Below, one piece after another: positions 33,768 through 43,660 of a stretch of DNA of 64,000 nt. Numbering within the stretch: position 1 is the first letter of the stretch; each line of letters starts with the position of its first letter. Source of the stretch: Sulfolobales archaeon HS-7 (GTDB lineage: Archaea > Thermoproteota > Thermoprotei_A > Sulfolobales > Sulfolobaceae); NCBI GenBank assembly GCA_019704295.1, contig AP024596.1:1088001-1152000 (forward strand). Direction: 5' to 3'. The notes beneath the pieces were generated by a model. The model was not told where the DNA came from. It ran no database searches and saw only the letters and a list, made by a program, of their open reading frames with translations. The translations under genes were made by a program, and so were the position numbers.

Positions 33768-34631
33768 GTGGATGTAATCTCCGTTGAACATCTCTTCAAG
33801 GAAATAGACGGCAAAGGAATAATAAGCGACGCGACGTTCTCTGTGATAAGGGGCGCTATAGCAGGATTTATAGGACCTAATGGCGCGGGGAAAACGACTA
33901 CGATAAAAATCTTGGCAGGTTTATTTAAAAAGACCTCTGGAAAAGTTGAGGTACTCGGAGGAGATCCTTGGGAGAGACCCCAATTAAGGAGAAAATATAG
34001 CGTAATATTTGATAGACTTTACTTTCCTCCTCACAACACTGTAACGGATTACCTCGTAGGTATAGCCTCAGTACTTAACAGCGAAGGCGAAGTTCCTCAT
34101 GTTATTGAAGAGTTTGGGTTAGAGGATTACAGGGGCACAAGTTTAGGAAAGCTCTCTGCAGGTTATAAGCAAAAGGTGCAGTTGGCGGCCTCCCTTTTAA
34201 ATGATCCGGAACTCATTATAGCAGATGAACCTACTGCTAACCTAGATCCTAAGGCTAGGATAGAATTCGAGGAAATAGTCAGGGAACTTAACTCTAAATC
34301 ATCAATTACTTTCTTCATTTCTTCCCACATTCTGACCGAATTAGAAAGGTTAATTACCCACGTAGTTGTAATATCCTCAGGAAGGATAGTAGCGTGTTCG
34401 CCGTTGGAGAAAGAAATGGTGAGATATACGCGGGAGGAAATAACAATACTAACCGATAACCCAGACATGGCAGTTAAGGCTCTTGTGAAGTTTAATCCTG
34501 TAAGAAGGGGTTCTTATGTTGTAGTCAAGGGAAATTTAAGGGAAATGGTTGACGCACTAGATGACGCGGGGGTCAAAGTATTACAGATAAGGAGGTCATC
34601 ATTAGATGATATATTCTCGTCAGCTACTTAA
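33768..34631 (+). CDS. ABC exporter ATP-binding protein
   Basis: GPNGAGKT, LSAGYKQK, ADEPT, SSH. Confidence 0.92.
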   Translation: MDVISVEHLFKEIDGKGIISDATFSVIRGAIAGFIGPNGAGKTTTIKILAGLFKKTSGKVEVLGGDPWERPQLRRKYSVIFDRLYFPPHNTVTDYLVGIASVLNSEGEVPHVIEEFGLEDYRGTSLGKLSAGYKQKVQLAASLLNDPELIIADEPTANLDPKARIEFEEIVRELNSKSSITFFISSHILTELERLITHVVVISSGRIVACSPLEKEMVRYTREEITILTDNPDMAVKALVKFNPVRRGSYVVVKGNLREMVDALDDAGVKVLQIRRSSLDDIFSSAT

Positions 34632-35364
34632 CTTCACCAAACTAGTATTAAGGGAAAGGTACAGAGACCCAACCCTTCAACTAGTTATACCCACGTTGCT
34701 TGTAGGTAACATATTCATTCCGGTGTTCTTGGCTGACGACCAGTTCAAGGTCTATGCCCTCGCGCTCTCTATGATCCCTGTGCTAAATACCGCAGAAACT
34801 CTTACCTTTGCGTTAGTTCTCAGGAACGTAATTTTTGTTTTCGGCGATCACATTTACACTAATTCTGTCGTATCGTTCCTAATGCTACCGGTGAGTAGGA
34901 GAAGTTACTTCTTAACCTCACTTTTGAGTGATGTCGGAATCCCTTACGTGTTGTGGTTATTAACAACGTTACTTTACCTTTGGGGAAGTGGAACATTAAA
35001 CGTTATATCAGAACTAGCAATACTCTCATTTACCGTAGGACTCCTGTTCTCATCGTCCATCCTATTCCTCCTAGTTATGTCTCTTAGAAATCCAGGAACT
35101 GTAACAATTTCCTCTCTCCTTCTTCTAGGCGGTATCTTTGGATTTGGGGGATTAGGGGTTTACTACTTAGCTATTAGCGTGCATAATCTGTGGATAACTG
35201 GACTTGCTGGAATAATGAATCCTTTCATTCTGGACTTGGGGTACGGCGCTACATTTAAACTGGAATTTATTTACGAACTGGTAATTGCCCTTATAGCTGA
35301 ATCTCTTCTGTCAATCTTAATTCTGTCATTTGCGTATAGAATGTTCCGGGAGATGGAAACATGA
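34606..35364 (+). CDS. ABC-2-type permease
   Basis: About 6 TM helices, LMLPVSRR motif; overlaps the ATPase gene. Confidence 0.8.
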   Translation: MIYSRQLLNFTKLVLRERYRDPTLQLVIPTLLVGNIFIPVFLADDQFKVYALALSMIPVLNTAETLTFALVLRNVIFVFGDHIYTNSVVSFLMLPVSRRSYFLTSLLSDVGIPYVLWLLTTLLYLWGSGTLNVISELAILSFTVGLLFSSSILFLLVMSLRNPGTVTISSLLLLGGIFGFGGLGVYYLAISVHNLWITGLAGIMNPFILDLGYGATFKLEFIYELVIALIAESLLSILILSFAYRMFREMET

Positions 35365-35834
35365 TCAGGTGGGGTTTTCTCATTATAGCTATAGCAATAT
35401 CAATGATCGCTCTTTCAACTGCCTCCGTGGAAAGAAGTTATAGCGAATCCTTTACCTTCACCAATATCTACTCCCTAAATGTAAATCCCCTCGAGATCAG
35501 GCCCACACTTGAACTAAACTCTAATGCGTCGGTCGTGGTTAATGTAACTCATGAGGGGATTACCAGGAGTTATAAGCTTCCAGTCTCGCTCAATTTAAGT
35601 CCTGGGAATTACACCGTCTTAGTAGTGAGTAGAAACGCGTCCAGAGTTCTAGTCAATGTAACCAACGATTGTAAACAGACAAGGCAGATCTTGGTAAATG
35701 AAAGCGTAAACGTAGAAGGGATATTTAGTTTTAATGGAGTAAACTTAGTCACTCTCCCTAACTACTGGCTATTTGGGGGTATTCTCGTCCTTGTCGTGGG
35801 GAGTGTAATCGAGCTAAAACGGGCCTTAAAATAA
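35361..35834 (+). CDS. Membrane-anchored extracellular protein of the ABC operon
   Basis: N- and C-terminal hydrophobic helices, many N-x-S/T sequons; ATGA overlap. Confidence 0.7.
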   Translation: MIRWGFLIIAIAISMIALSTASVERSYSESFTFTNIYSLNVNPLEIRPTLELNSNASVVVNVTHEGITRSYKLPVSLNLSPGNYTVLVVSRNASRVLVNVTNDCKQTRQILVNESVNVEGIFSFNGVNLVTLPNYWLFGGILVLVVGSVIELKRALK

Positions 35835-36313
35835 AAGCGTTGTTTTTCTCAGATTTTAAATGATTATTAATGTAAACAGTTTTAACGTCCTCCAAGGCTA
35901 AGCTGCGATTCAGATGTAAATTCCTAGAATTATGATTAAGCTAGATAGGTTGAGTGAAAGGACCTTTAACGTGGATCTTGCTTAGTCAATGTAATTGATT
36001 AATGAAATTCTTCCTAATTCTCTAAACGAACTGAATTAGTTAAGACAACGTGACGGACCCTATCTTGGGTAACTTAGGATTCTTTTGCGAACTGTAATTT
36101 ATAAAAAATAAGATATTATAATGATGTAAAATACTAGGATAAATCTACACCTTACGGATACGACAATATTCAATTAAATTCTTCATCTTTCTCTAAATAA
36201 ACTAAATTTGCGAAGGTGCTTGAATGACACAATTTTTCTATCGGAAGGTTTTTGTTATGTTATGACTACCATTAAATTCTAAAATAGATGATTTTATAAG
36301 TGTTTACGTTATA

Positions 36314-36329
36314 TAGACATATATGTCTA
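36314..36329. promoter_or_regulatory. Perfect 16-bp palindrome TAGACATATATGTCTA over the vapB start codon, probable autoregulatory operator
   Basis: Palindrome overlaps the ATG at 36323; TTTTATAA TATA box at about 36292-36299. Confidence 0.6.
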
Positions 36330-36547
36330 CGGTAATTAGCGTGAGGATAAAGAAGCAAATAAAGGAGGAGTTAGAGAAGCAGGGGATAGACGTTGATGCC
36401 GAGGTTAGGAAATTATTGGAGGAACTTTACCTTAAAGTTAAGGCAAAGGAATACGTTAAGAAATGGATAGAGGAGCTTAACGAAGTTAAGCCTAGCGAAG
36501 AAGGGTTTTCGGTGAATTCAGTGAGGGAGGATCGTGAGAGTCATTGA
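36323..36547 (+). CDS. vapB: VapB-type antitoxin (RHH-like)
   Basis: MSTVISVRIKKQIKEEL N-terminus, ends VREDRESH; overlaps the PIN gene. Confidence 0.85.
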   Translation: MSTVISVRIKKQIKEELEKQGIDVDAEVRKLLEELYLKVKAKEYVKKWIEELNEVKPSEEGFSVNSVREDRESH

Positions 36548-36929
36548 TTCTTCTTCTCTAGTTAAGTTCTTCTCTAAAGAAAAAGGATGGGAAAATGTAG
36601 CCAATGATATAATAGAAGGAGTGTTAACTCTGGACTTATCAGTCAAGGAAATAGCTAACGCTTTTTTGAAGAAAGTTACCAAGGGCGAAATGAAGGAGGA
36701 TTTAGCAATTAAAATTCTTTCAGATTTGATTAAACATGAGGCTATTTCAGTGGTAAACCAAGACGACTATCTCATAGAGGCTTTCAAGATAGCTGCGAGG
36801 AACAAGATAACAATTTACGATTCGTTATTTATAGCATTGGCTAAGTTAAGAGAACTGGAGTTAATAACTTCTGATAAAGGACAATACGAGGTCGCGTTAA
36901 AAGAAGGAATTAAGGCGAACTTAGTGTGA
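36534..36929 (+). CDS. vapC: VapC PIN-domain toxin
   Basis: VIDSS, KEIAN, IYDSLFIALA and ITSD acidic PIN residues. Confidence 0.92.
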   Translation: MRVIDSSSLVKFFSKEKGWENVANDIIEGVLTLDLSVKEIANAFLKKVTKGEMKEDLAIKILSDLIKHEAISVVNQDDYLIEAFKIAARNKITIYDSLFIALAKLRELELITSDKGQYEVALKEGIKANLV

Positions 36930-37905
36930 AAAGTTGATACTGTTATTGCTGAGCTCGCAGTATTACTATGATATTAGAGTGAAATTCTTCATCAGATTAT
37001 TGCTTGGTCAAGAAAAATCTTTGCGTACCATAGCTTGTAATCATAATAAAGGGGGAAAACTACCGTTGAACTACCCTTAGGGACACTATAATTCCAAAAG
37101 ATGAGAACGTAATAAGTAGCGTAGAGGTCGCAATTAAGGGAAAGTAGTTAATGGAAAAAAATAGGGAGTCTCTACCCTCACCCTAAGTGCTACATGTTTT
37201 TCCCGTAGAAGGAATCATCGAATGGGAGAATTCTAAGTCATCAAATGAAGTTCTGAAAAGGAACGTCTTTCCAATCATATATTTTCGCTTTCCCTCCATC
37301 AAGGCTTGCCACTCTGGCATTTTCAAGTTCACGTTTATACGATTCCTGATTATATACGAATACTCCCATTCTCTCAATGAAAAGGTCTTCACGGAAGAGT
37401 TCATTGCACACCCACTTAAACCTGAAAATACCTGAGTGCCACAGCTGCATATCGCACGACATAATCAACTTACCTGAGGCTTTAGGTTTATTAGGTCTCT
37501 ATCAGTAAAATCGTATGTTCTACTCTTAAAACATATAGAGCTAACTCCGATTTCGTCATGTCATTTATAACAATCCCTTATTAAATTCCTTATTCCTAAA
37601 TGGAGAATGGTGTTACCCTGATTGAAAGAGTTGCCGCAAAAACTGCATATACCCGAACCGTGAGCAATTACGTTGTCTAAGAGGGAGCGGTCGCAATAAG
37701 AGCGTCTCAAAAACGCATGTTTGACCTTATCATATTATTAATTTATCTTTTCTTACTAATATTGTAGAAAGAGAGCATGCATACTCTTACTCTATACGCA
37801 CTCTAAGGTTATTCTTCTCTAACTGATTAAGAGCTAAAATGGGGAAGAGCCTATAAGGTGGCTCCACTCCAACGCCGAGATAATATCTTATAGGCAACCC
37901 TTAGT

Positions 37906-38862
37906 TCAAATACCGAGCAGCGACTTAATTATACCCAATACTGCTAAGGTAACGACGACGCTTAGAGAAGGTCCGGTTATCCACCCCTTTCCGACAGCTT
38001 TCAACTGCTTTGTAATATCTGGTGTTAACGCCCTAAAACTAAGTCCTATGATACCGCCAAGGAGAGTTTGAGTTATTGATATTGGAATTCCGAGAAGTGT
38101 AAACACCTCTGAGATTACTGAACTGCCTATCATCGCAGAGCTTCCTGCTACGTAACCCATTTTAGTAATTTTGAATCCCGAAACAATTGTTGTTTTCCTG
38201 AAAGTAAGCATTCCCAAAACTGCCGCAGCACCATACGACGGCAAGACAACGTAAAAGGGAAAAACTGTCGAGCCGGCTGAGGATATAATCCCGATTGCGT
38301 TTGCACCAGTAACGAAAGAAACGAAGAAAGAAGAACCGGATATCATTATCCTATATAACCGCGAAGTTTTAGCAATTCCTCCATTTAGTGGATTAATAGC
38401 CTTGCTAAACAGGGAGTAAAGTAAAAAGGCAGAAAGTATTGCAACTAAAGGGGATATGCCCCAAGATTCGACGGTAATAAGAAATTTTGATAAATTAATA
38501 CGTATGTATTTACTGTTTAGGAGGAAAACTACGACGAGAGAGGGATATATCATTTGGCTAAGAGATGAGGGTATCCCTGTTCTATTCAGGACGTAAAAGC
38601 TTACGCTAGCGGCGATCAACACCGAGAGTAGGGAAATTTCAACGTATACTTGTTCTCCGCTTACTATCCCCTTAATACTGGATAACATTGATATTCCCCC
38701 TAACGAGACCCCTAGCATTAGCGCTATGGAATTAAAAAGGTAGGCCATTTTCCTCTTAAGTACATTAGTCGATAACATAACTCCTAGAGAAGGCGATAAA
38801 TTATTCCCACCTACAAGCGCAGAGGAAATCATTCCTATAACGAATATGAAGTAACTAATCAC
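37906..38862 (-). CDS. PiT-family inorganic phosphate transporter
   Basis: Duplicated GGNN/GANA signature, GIPSSLSQ and GIPISITQ, many TMs. Confidence 0.8.
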   Translation of the reverse strand: MISYFIFVIGMISSALVGGNNLSPSLGVMLSTNVLKRKMAYLFNSIALMLGVSLGGISMLSSIKGIVSGEQVYVEISLLSVLIAASVSFYVLNRTGIPSSLSQMIYPSLVVVFLLNSKYIRINLSKFLITVESWGISPLVAILSAFLLYSLFSKAINPLNGGIAKTSRLYRIMISGSSFFVSFVTGANAIGIISSAGSTVFPFYVVLPSYGAAAVLGMLTFRKTTIVSGFKITKMGYVAGSSAMIGSSVISEVFTLLGIPISITQTLLGGIIGLSFRALTPDITKQLKAVGKGWITGPSLSVVVTLAVLGIIKSLLGI

Positions 38863-38910
38863 TACCTATTCCCTAAAAACCGTAGAATATAAAAAACAAA
38901 CCTCTCCGAT

Positions 38911-39147
38911 TTAGCTCTCTTTACTTTTTCCATCTCTTTCAATACTCTTAACGTACTCCGCCACTGCATCCCTTATTATTTCACTCCTAGTTTTCCCCAT
39001 TGTTTGAGCAAAATCATCTACGTCCTTTAAGAAAATATCACTCATCTTCATCGTTACCACTCTCGTACGTCGTATTTCTAAAAGTATAGTACCGTCCGTA
39101 TTGTGCATTATCCTAACCATATCACTATAGATATGAAGTGGTGTCAT
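38911..39147 (-). CDS. CopG/RHH transcriptional regulator (start probably nearer 39120)
   Basis: RVVTMKMSD...KTRSEIIRDAV ribbon-helix-helix pattern. Confidence 0.75.
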   Translation of the reverse strand: MTPLHIYSDMVRIMHNTDGTILLEIRRTRVVTMKMSDIFLKDVDDFAQTMGKTRSEIIRDAVAEYVKSIERDGKSKES

Positions 39148-39265
39148 ATATCGATTTCTGTTTAAATATTTACTTGTCTAAGTAAACTAAGATAAGAGTT
39201 CCGATAATTTGAGTTATAAATGAAAACCTTATAATTTAGGGGTAATCCCTTTAATTTATTGAACC

Positions 39266-41332
39266 ATGGAACTTTTTGAGGTACCTCTAAGAAGCGATGT
39301 ATTAGAAGTTATTAGGAAGAGGGGAATTACCAGATTTAATCCGATCCAAGAAGAGGCGATAAAGTCTGGACTCCTAGATGGGGAAAGATTGCTTATTGCC
39401 TCACCTACGGCGTCCGGGAAGACGCTAATAGCCGAAATAGCTACGGTTAATAGCATACTCAATAGAGGAGGAAAAGCAGTATACGTTACTCCGCTGAGAG
39501 CTTTGACGCTTGAAAAATACAGGACTTTAAAGGATTGGGAAAGTATAGGACTATCAGTGGCAATGACAAGTGGCGACTATGATACTGACGACGCTTGGTT
39601 GAGAAACTATGATATTATAGTGACAACATATGAAAAGTTAGACTCTCTCTGGAGACATAAGCCTAAGTGGATAGATAACGTGAAGTTCTTCGTTTTAGAT
39701 GAAGTACATTATATGAACGACCCTTCCAGGGGACCGATAATTGAGGGCGTTGTAATAAGAGCAAAGAAAAGGAATTTCCTCGCCCTCAGCGCGACAGTCA
39801 GTAACTACGACGAAATAGCGAACTGGTTGCAGTGCAAACCTATAGCACTTAACTGGAGGCCGGTGCCTTTGAGAGAGGGGGTGCTTTTTCAGGTTAAGGG
39901 GAAAGTCATTGCCAAGATGAGCGACGGCAAAATTGTAGAAATGAAAGGGCGTGATCCCATTATTGCGTATACAAAGAAAATAGTGGACGAAGAAGGGCAG
40001 GTGCTAATATTCAGGAATTCTCGAAGAAATGCGGAACAAACGGCATACAAGATAGCTGAGTCTCTAGGGATTGAACAACGGGACCTAGGTGAAGAGGTAT
40101 TGGAGATTGAGGATTCCTCAACGAGTGAGAGGAAGCAGCTTGCCGAATTAGTTGAAAGGGGTGTGGCATATCATCATGCTGGCTTATCTAGAGGGTTAAG
40201 GGAGTTCATCGAATCCTCTTTCCTTACCGGCAAAATAAAGGTGATATCAGCTACTCCAACACTAGCCGCTGGAGTTAACTTGCCCGCAAGAGCAGTAATA
40301 GTTGCTGATATTTATAGATATAACAGAAAAGTTCTGGGTTATCAAGAGGAAATTCCGGTAATGGAGTATAAACAGATGAGTGGAAGGGCTGGAAGGCCAG
40401 GTTTTGACGCAATTGGAGAAAGCCTTATCTTAGTGAGAAATGAGAAGGCTGTACAGAAGATTTTCGAAAAATATATACTGGCAAAACCAGAGCCCTTAAC
40501 GTCAAAAATGGCAAATGAAAGGTCGTTTTACTCATTTATCCTGGGCACTTTAGCTATAGAGGGCGAGCTCAACAGAGACGAGTTAATGGAATACCTATCT
40601 CAAAGTCTTGTTAGCAGGAAATACATTGAAAGCAACTTCAATTCCGCTATTGAGTGGTTAGAGGAGAATCAATTCCTGACAGGAGAGTACAGGCTAACTG
40701 ATTTCGGTCGAAAAGTAGCAGATCTTTACGTAAATCCATTTACTGCTAAGGTGATTAAAGACGGTCTGGAGAAGGGAAAAGAACCATGCACCTTCGCCTA
40801 TCTTCATTTGCTTGCGTCTACACCCGATGCCCCGTTAATTTCGGCATCAATTAGCGATGAGTTCCTCGATTTTCCCTGCGAACTTTATCTGGACGAACCG
40901 GAGGATGAGTTAGAGGCGTTAGACTTTGCATCAGCCCTGAAGATCGCCTCAATTGTTGAGGATTGGATATCTGAAGTTGATGAAGATAAGATAATTGAGA
41001 GTTACTCGATAGGTTCGGGAGATCTAAGGGCCATAGTTGAGACTATGGAATGGTTGACTTACAGTGCCTCAAAAATAGCCTCAGTAATTGGATTAAAGGA
41101 GCATGCAAAGGAGTTAGAGGTATTAGCCTTGAGAGTTGCTGAAGGGGTCAATGAAGAGCTTATCCCGTTAGTTAAAATTAAAAATGTAGGGAGAAAGAGG
41201 GCAAGAATTCTGTATCATTACGGGATAAGGACATCCGAAGATATCGTTAAAAAACAAGAAATTGTGAAGAAAATTCTTGGCGAAAAGGTAGGGGAGAAGA
41301 TCATTGAGTCGGCTTCACAAATTGATAGTTGA
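39266..41332 (+). CDS. hel308: Ski2-like DNA helicase Hel308/Hjm
   Basis: PTASGKT, DEVH, SAT, HHAGL, TLAAGVNLPA, QMSGRAGRPG and RAR domain-V motif. Confidence 0.95.
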   Translation: MELFEVPLRSDVLEVIRKRGITRFNPIQEEAIKSGLLDGERLLIASPTASGKTLIAEIATVNSILNRGGKAVYVTPLRALTLEKYRTLKDWESIGLSVAMTSGDYDTDDAWLRNYDIIVTTYEKLDSLWRHKPKWIDNVKFFVLDEVHYMNDPSRGPIIEGVVIRAKKRNFLALSATVSNYDEIANWLQCKPIALNWRPVPLREGVLFQVKGKVIAKMSDGKIVEMKGRDPIIAYTKKIVDEEGQVLIFRNSRRNAEQTAYKIAESLGIEQRDLGEEVLEIEDSSTSERKQLAELVERGVAYHHAGLSRGLREFIESSFLTGKIKVISATPTLAAGVNLPARAVIVADIYRYNRKVLGYQEEIPVMEYKQMSGRAGRPGFDAIGESLILVRNEKAVQKIFEKYILAKPEPLTSKMANERSFYSFILGTLAIEGELNRDELMEYLSQSLVSRKYIESNFNSAIEWLEENQFLTGEYRLTDFGRKVADLYVNPFTAKVIKDGLEKGKEPCTFAYLHLLASTPDAPLISASISDEFLDFPCELYLDEPEDELEALDFASALKIASIVEDWISEVDEDKIIESYSIGSGDLRAIVETMEWLTYSASKIASVIGLKEHAKELEVLALRVAEGVNEELIPLVKIKNVGRKRARILYHYGIRTSEDIVKKQEIVKKILGEKVGEKIIESASQIDS

Positions 41333-41495
41333 CTTCACCCTAATTAGTGAGGGTGACGAAATGACTATAGAGTGCAACCCGGAGAAAGAGTGTGACGATA
41401 TTGCCATCATATTTAGGTTATTAGGGCAGGACGTTCAGAGAGGCGAAAACTACGTTTGGATGAGAAAGGCGAAACCATGCCTGCCTACGTTGTAA
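41304..41495 (+). CDS. Small hypothetical protein overlapping the hel308 3' end
   Basis: 63-aa ORF, TTG start with a purine-rich SD-like sequence upstream. Confidence 0.45.
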   Translation: MSRLHKLIVDFTLISEGDEMTIECNPEKECDDIAIIFRLLGQDVQRGENYVWMRKAKPCLPTL

Positions 41496-41572
41496 AAAGA
41501 ACCTAATTTGGACATCCTATGAATACGACACGGGTTAACAAATATTGCTTGGATGTTTACACATAATTTTAA

Positions 41573-41895
41573 TCTATATAGGGTTAAGGGGGCGAAAGTC
41601 CCCTTCCGTGAGGTAGGGGATGGATAGCCCCCTTATAGAAATGTTTTTATGGCTCTGTGTCAAAAAATTCTTAGACCTTGGCTGTAAGAGCTGGGTCAGT
41701 ACCCTCGGGACTGGGGGATATTAAGCCTGTGGAGAGAAAACCCCCCGTAACCTCTCTTCTACACGGGGCACTAGAGAACGGTTCCGTTCGATGGAACCTC
41801 CGCTGTGGGTGAAGAGGGATCGAGGTTTCTCTGAGAAGCAAGAAATCTTCATCGCGAGGTGGAGATGCTCCGTCCGTAAGGGCGGAGTAGTTCAC
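41573..41895 (+). mobile_element. SMN1-like non-autonomous IS200/IS605-family element (323 bp)
   Basis: Preceded by TTTAA (41568-72). Left-end hairpin GGGGGC...GCCCCC with inner TCCCC/GGGGA; right-end hairpin CTCCGTCC-GTAA-GGGCGGAG (41868-87) followed by TTCAC. No transposase. A second copy lies at 19379-19681. Confidence 0.8.
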
Positions 41896-41914
41896 CAAAA
41901 TAGAATGAAAACCC

Positions 41915-43660
41915 TTAGTTGGAATTATCTCCTGACGCTAACTTTAGGACGGCTTGCTTACCCGCAATCGCCTCATATTCCTTCAAGGCCATTAGGAGTT
42001 CCGCATGGCTAAATCCCTGAGGAAAGTTACCTGTGAATAACTTATTTTCTGTATCATAATGTTCTCCGATCAATCCCAAGCTTCCAGAAGCCCTTATCAG
42101 ATTTGATAGTAGTTTCTCCGCCTTACTTAATTCACCTAATCTAAGGTAGATTCTAGCAAGAACACCTGATCCTAGAGTGAAAGGATGTTTTGCCTCTCCC
42201 ATAAAGTCCTTCCTATACCTCTTCACGAAACCGTCCACCACTAGGTCCTCCTCAATTTTATGCAAGGTTTTTATAAAGATGGGATCTCTGACATCAATAA
42301 AGCCGTATAGTGGTAGCATAGCTAATGCTATGTCCACCTCTTTGGAACCGGGATACCTAACTAAATATCCGTCATATACGCAATTGCTCAATATCCACTC
42401 TCTTATTTTAGTTCTTGCCTCACCCCACCTGTCTCGAATCCCTAGGCTGTCCAATATTCGGCCCGAAGAATCCAAGGCTATCCACATCATAGCCTTGGAG
42501 TGAGTGTAGTGTTTGGGTTCTCCTCTTTCCTCCCATAAACTCGCATCCTTCAATTCCCAAAAATTAGATACCCAGTCAGCAATATGTTCAAGCTGATCTG
42601 TGTACTCCCACATGTACACTTTATCCTGTGTGATCTCGTATAGTTTTCTTACGCTCCAGACGAAAAAACCCTCAATATCTAACTGGACTTGAGTAGACGC
42701 TGCATTACCTACCCTTACAGGTTGGGAATTCTTATACCCCGTTAACCAAGCTATTTCCTTCTCAGGAGGAGGTTCTCCCCCATCTACGGAATAAAGCGGG
42801 TGAAAAAACGGCTTTGCTGAGAAGTTAATTACACCAAAGAGAAAGCTTAATATTCTTCTCGCTTGAGGTATTTCTCCTATCTGTAAGAGGGCTTCCGCGA
42901 TAATTGATGCATCTCTTACCCAAACGAACCTATAATCCCAGTTCCTTTTCCCTCCTACGACTTCAGGTAGGGAAGTAGTTGGTGCCGCTATTACGCTTCC
43001 TGAGGGTCTGAAAATCAAACCATATATCGTACCTATTGAAGCGTCGATCAGCCTATTTCCTGTCGTGAGTTTGCTCCAGAATGAAACTGTCATATCAAAG
43101 GAGTTATCAACGTCAAGGCTACCTATCTTAATCCTTTTGCTTATCACGCCTAGCTCCTTTCCCGTAGAGTAGTTTAAGTAAAGCTTCACTTTTCCTTTGA
43201 CAATCCATTCATTTCTCCCCGTTCTCTTGTGCTGTCCGAAGAATACTACCGCTAAGCAATCATCTCCTAAGGGATTTACAAATCTGGCCCCGTCTCTAAC
43301 TTCAACTTCAATAGGCGTATATAACCCGTAATTGAACGTCGGACTTACGTTAATTTTAACTGGAAAATCTGTCTCGATCTGTCTTATTATCGAACTTTCG
43401 CCAAGTGGCATTACGTCGTTTATAGTTACTTTCCCGTCCATTGTCTTAATAACAGTTTGTAACACGTTAGGATAGATGTATTCCTGTACGACCTTCTCTG
43501 GGTTAACTTTTAATGATAAACTCCCTCCTCTTTCTCCATCAAGGAGTTTTGCAAATACTGGAAAACCATCAAATCTAGGCACAGTCCACCAAACTATGTC
43601 CCCCTTATCGTCAATGAGACACGCAGTGATCTGGTTAGATAAGAATGCCCAGAAATTCAT
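41915..43660 (-). CDS. Glycoside hydrolase family 15 (trehalase/glucoamylase-like)
   Basis: AAPTTSLPE, RNWDYRFVWVRD, LWEERG, HSKAMMW, EHYD...GNFPQGFSH. Confidence 0.92.
   Translation of the reverse strand: MNFWAFLSNQITACLIDDKGDIVWWTVPRFDGFPVFAKLLDGERGGSLSLKVNPEKVVQEYIYPNVLQTVIKTMDGKVTINDVMPLGESSIIRQIETDFPVKINVSPTFNYGLYTPIEVEVRDGARFVNPLGDDCLAVVFFGQHKRTGRNEWIVKGKVKLYLNYSTGKELGVISKRIKIGSLDVDNSFDMTVSFWSKLTTGNRLIDASIGTIYGLIFRPSGSVIAAPTTSLPEVVGGKRNWDYRFVWVRDASIIAEALLQIGEIPQARRILSFLFGVINFSAKPFFHPLYSVDGGEPPPEKEIAWLTGYKNSQPVRVGNAASTQVQLDIEGFFVWSVRKLYEITQDKVYMWEYTDQLEHIADWVSNFWELKDASLWEERGEPKHYTHSKAMMWIALDSSGRILDSLGIRDRWGEARTKIREWILSNCVYDGYLVRYPGSKEVDIALAMLPLYGFIDVRDPIFIKTLHKIEEDLVVDGFVKRYRKDFMGEAKHPFTLGSGVLARIYLRLGELSKAEKLLSNLIRASGSLGLIGEHYDTENKLFTGNFPQGFSHAELLMALKEYEAIAGKQAVLKLASGDNSN

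Noticed and set aside
37183-37500. Three overlapping ~75-aa ORFs
   Set aside because: Mutually overlapping, no recognisable motif or promoter. Possibly a decayed gene but not assignable.
41671-42012. 75-aa and 73-aa ORFs
   Set aside because: They lie within the non-coding SMN1-like element or antisense to GH15.
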